Positions 56,257 to 58,119 of a stretch of DNA of 58,119 bases are shown here, piece after piece. The position numbers and the translations under genes were made by a program. Every line of letters starts with the position of its first letter. The first letter of the stretch is position 1. The notes below the pieces were generated by a model. The model did no database searches, had not been told where the DNA came from, and worked only from the letters and a program-made list of their open reading frames with translations. Origin of the DNA: a virus (lineage: Duplodnaviria; Caudoviricetes); the IMG/VR virus record IMGVR_UViG_3300035670_000245, positions 1-58,119 of that record. One strand, 5' to 3'.

Positions 56257-56712
56257 TTACTTTTTCTTGGGTGCAGGCTTTTTAGCTACTGGTTTTTTAG
56301 CTACAGGCTTTTTAACTGCTGGTTTCTTTTTGACCATCCCGCCTTTGGCAAAGTCTTCACCAGTAGCCCGACTGTATTCATTGGCAATAGAATCCCGCAT
56401 ATCGTCTGAACTTTGTAGCTTACGCTTATTTGCATTAATACGATTCTTAAGAGACTTGTCAGACATTAAACCAGGAAATTTTTTCTGCCTTTCTTTTAAC
56501 TCTTTGACCATTTCTTTGTTGCCAGTGCGCCGGTCTAGTTCTTGTTTGGCATAGTGCTTTTCGTCAGAAGTTCCGCTCTTAGCAGCTTTTTCTAACTCAT
56601 CTTTTTTCATTCTTTCAACTTTACGTTGAACTTCAGCTTCTTCAACTACTCTTTTTGTGTAACCACTTTTATCTTTTTTAGCTAACTTTGCTGCAAATTT
56701 ACCGAGCGACAT
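56257..56712 (-). CDS. Basic protein with histone H1-like KKP(A/V) tail
   Basis: GGAGG SD; FAKGG then KKPAVKKPVAKKPVAKKPAPKKK. Confidence 0.7.
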   Translation of the reverse strand: MSLGKFAAKLAKKDKSGYTKRVVEEAEVQRKVERMKKDELEKAAKSGTSDEKHYAKQELDRRTGNKEMVKELKERQKKFPGLMSDKSLKNRINANKRKLQSSDDMRDSIANEYSRATGEDFAKGGMVKKKPAVKKPVAKKPVAKKPAPKKK

Positions 56713-56713
56713 T

Positions 56714-56923
56714 TCACTTCCTCCATCCAAGGGAACGCATAGAAGACTCTACCTGAGCCAAAGAAAAAAGTATTCCTGTCCGTTCCTTCAAGGCAACACG
56801 AACAAAGAATACATCCGAGTGGGGTACATGTAGATTGTCTAGATAGTTCCCTACAAGTGCTTCATAGAAATCTTCTAGTACAAAATTATCACGTAGGTAT
56901 ACAGTTTTTTTAGATTTAGTCAA
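56714..56923 (-). CDS. First late-arm protein
   Basis: HVPHSDVFFVR motif; TTG start. Confidence 0.55.
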   Translation of the reverse strand: MTKSKKTVYLRDNFVLEDFYEALVGNYLDNLHVPHSDVFFVRVALKERTGILFSLAQVESSMRSLGWRK

Positions 56924-57180
56924 GCTATTTCTGCAGTTTCAAAGGTACAGATAGAAACTACACATTTAGGGGATACAGATAGTATCTATGTAGGTGTGTC
57001 ACTTTAGGTGTGACACTTAAGTGAGTGTGTGTTTTTTAGGGGTAGTCCTAAGTTTATATATGTAATGTGTTAATTACTTTATTTTATAAACTTTAAATAC
57101 ATTACAGTTATATAGTTTTTTATAGTTATAATATTATATAGTTATAGTATTAAACACTCTCACACTTTCCCTTAACGGTA

Positions 57181-57209
57181 GTTATACACACGTTTTAGTG
57201 TTTTGTCAA
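57181..57209 (-). promoter_or_regulatory. Sigma70-type late promoter
   Basis: TTGACA-N17-TATAAC(TAC). Confidence 0.7.
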
Positions 57210-57266
57210 GACTTATGTCAATAAAACCTAAAATAAATATTTCTGTACATCTTCTTGACGTTTAAG

Positions 57267-57295
57267 ATTTTAGCATATTTTCTGTCCCGTGTCAA
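57267..57295 (-). promoter_or_regulatory. Second sigma70-type late promoter
   Basis: TTGACA-N17-TAAAAT with TG extension. Confidence 0.6.
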
Positions 57296-57538
57296 ATCAC
57301 TAAGCATATGCGTCTACCGATATATGAAAACCAGTGTTAACATTTGTGTGTGATAAGGCATGTTAGTGATTACTAACTAATACTAAAAACCTGATCTGTG
57401 TAAGAGTCCATATACATATAACGCCAGACCCCCCGGTGGCCCAGGCCCGGCCCCCCTCGCATGATGCACGGGCGCAGGATGTCACATACGCATGATGCGA
57501 TCACGACATCACGGATAGCGCATGATATTTGCTATGCA

Positions 57539-57551
57539 AATCAAGGGGTTA
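57539..57551 (+). promoter_or_regulatory. IHF consensus site
   Basis: AATCAA-GGGG-TTA matches WATCAANNNNTTR. Confidence 0.55.
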
Positions 57552-57763
57552 GATCTAAGGTTATACTGATTTCATATCAGTATCTGGTCAAAAATCGAAA
57601 GTGAACCGGGCCGATTCCGACAGGTGGTCAAAGATTGACCAGTCGGTGCATCAATTGCCCCTTTTCATTTTACAAATGAAGGGGTGGGGTCTGGTCATTG
57701 CCGAACCTTCGTCAATAAGTTTGGCTATGCCAAAAAGCTAGTTTGACCCCTTGCCAATGTAAT

Positions 57764-57779
57764 TGGCACGGTCTGTGCT
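57764..57779 (+). promoter_or_regulatory. Sigma54-type promoter motif
   Basis: TGGCACGGTCTGTGCT, GG-N10-GC. Confidence 0.55.
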
Positions 57780-57870
57780 TCTGGTCGATTCCCCGAAACC
57801 GAGTCGGCTTTGCCTTGCCTCATCACATACGAAACTTCCCGTCAGCCTTTGGCTTCCTGCGTGGAAGTTT

Positions 57871-57886
57871 TGGCATGGCCTTTGCT
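57871..57886 (+). promoter_or_regulatory. Sigma54-type promoter motif
   Basis: TGGCATGGCCTTTGCT, near-consensus TGGCAYR-N4-TTGCW. Confidence 0.65.
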
Positions 57887-57909
57887 GGGGGTCAAAATCG
57901 ACCGGCAGA

Positions 57910-58007
57910 CCTTTCATGGGTTTCATGGGGACTAGTAAATTACCCCTTGAAGCTTTGGTGAAAGGGGAATAATTTACAGTCCCCTTCTTATGAAACCCAA
58001 TGAAAGG
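57910..58007 (+). promoter_or_regulatory. About 100-nt leader hairpin sequestering the RBS of gene 1
   Basis: CCTTTCAT/ATGAAAGG, GGGTTTCAT/ATGAAACCC, GGGGACT/AGTCCCC, GTAAATTA/TAATTTAC, CCCCTT/AAGGGG. Confidence 0.7.
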
Positions 58008-58119
58008 AAATTGAAAATGAGATCAATCGCCGCTACTTTCGCCTTGTTTTTCATCCTCATGGCTTTGCCATGCTTTGCCATTGCAGCAGTACTGCCTTTC
58101 GGCAGTGCTGAGTCATTGT
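57993..58119. repeat. Second copy of the 127-bp terminal overlap
   Basis: Identical to 1..127. Confidence 0.9.

Noticed and set aside
57738-57972. Short ORFs in the early control region
   Set aside because: No SD; region better explained by promoters, operators and hairpins

Overview
This window is a complete, circularly assembled podovirus genome of about 58 kb (a 127-bp terminal overlap is typical of an assembler). It most resembles HMO-2011-type phages: a family A DNA polymerase with an inserted DnaJ-like Cys zinc finger, a tyrosine integrase ahead of the replication genes, no RNA polymerase, and two oppositely transcribed arms. The + arm (1-23.5 kb) has small early genes, the integrase, ThyX, primase, helicase, PolA, nucleases and a class II ribonucleotide reductase split by a group I intron carrying a homing endonuclease. 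The - arm (23.6-56.9 kb) has terminase, portal, scaffold, capsid, tail/fibre, lysis and internal virion genes, plus a lone NeuA-like cytidylyltransferase. The most unusual signal is in the early control region spanning the contig join. It combines correctly spaced sigma54-type (-24/-12) promoter motifs, an IHF consensus site, two homologous covarying long leader hairpins (one burying the first gene's RBS), and a TGACGAA-NN-TTCGTCA palindrome / CGAAGGT motif array placed before RBSs and inside the second gene. Middle and late genes instead use sigma70-type TTGACA-N16/17-TATAAC promoters. Functional calls come from motif recognition by eye; no searches were run.
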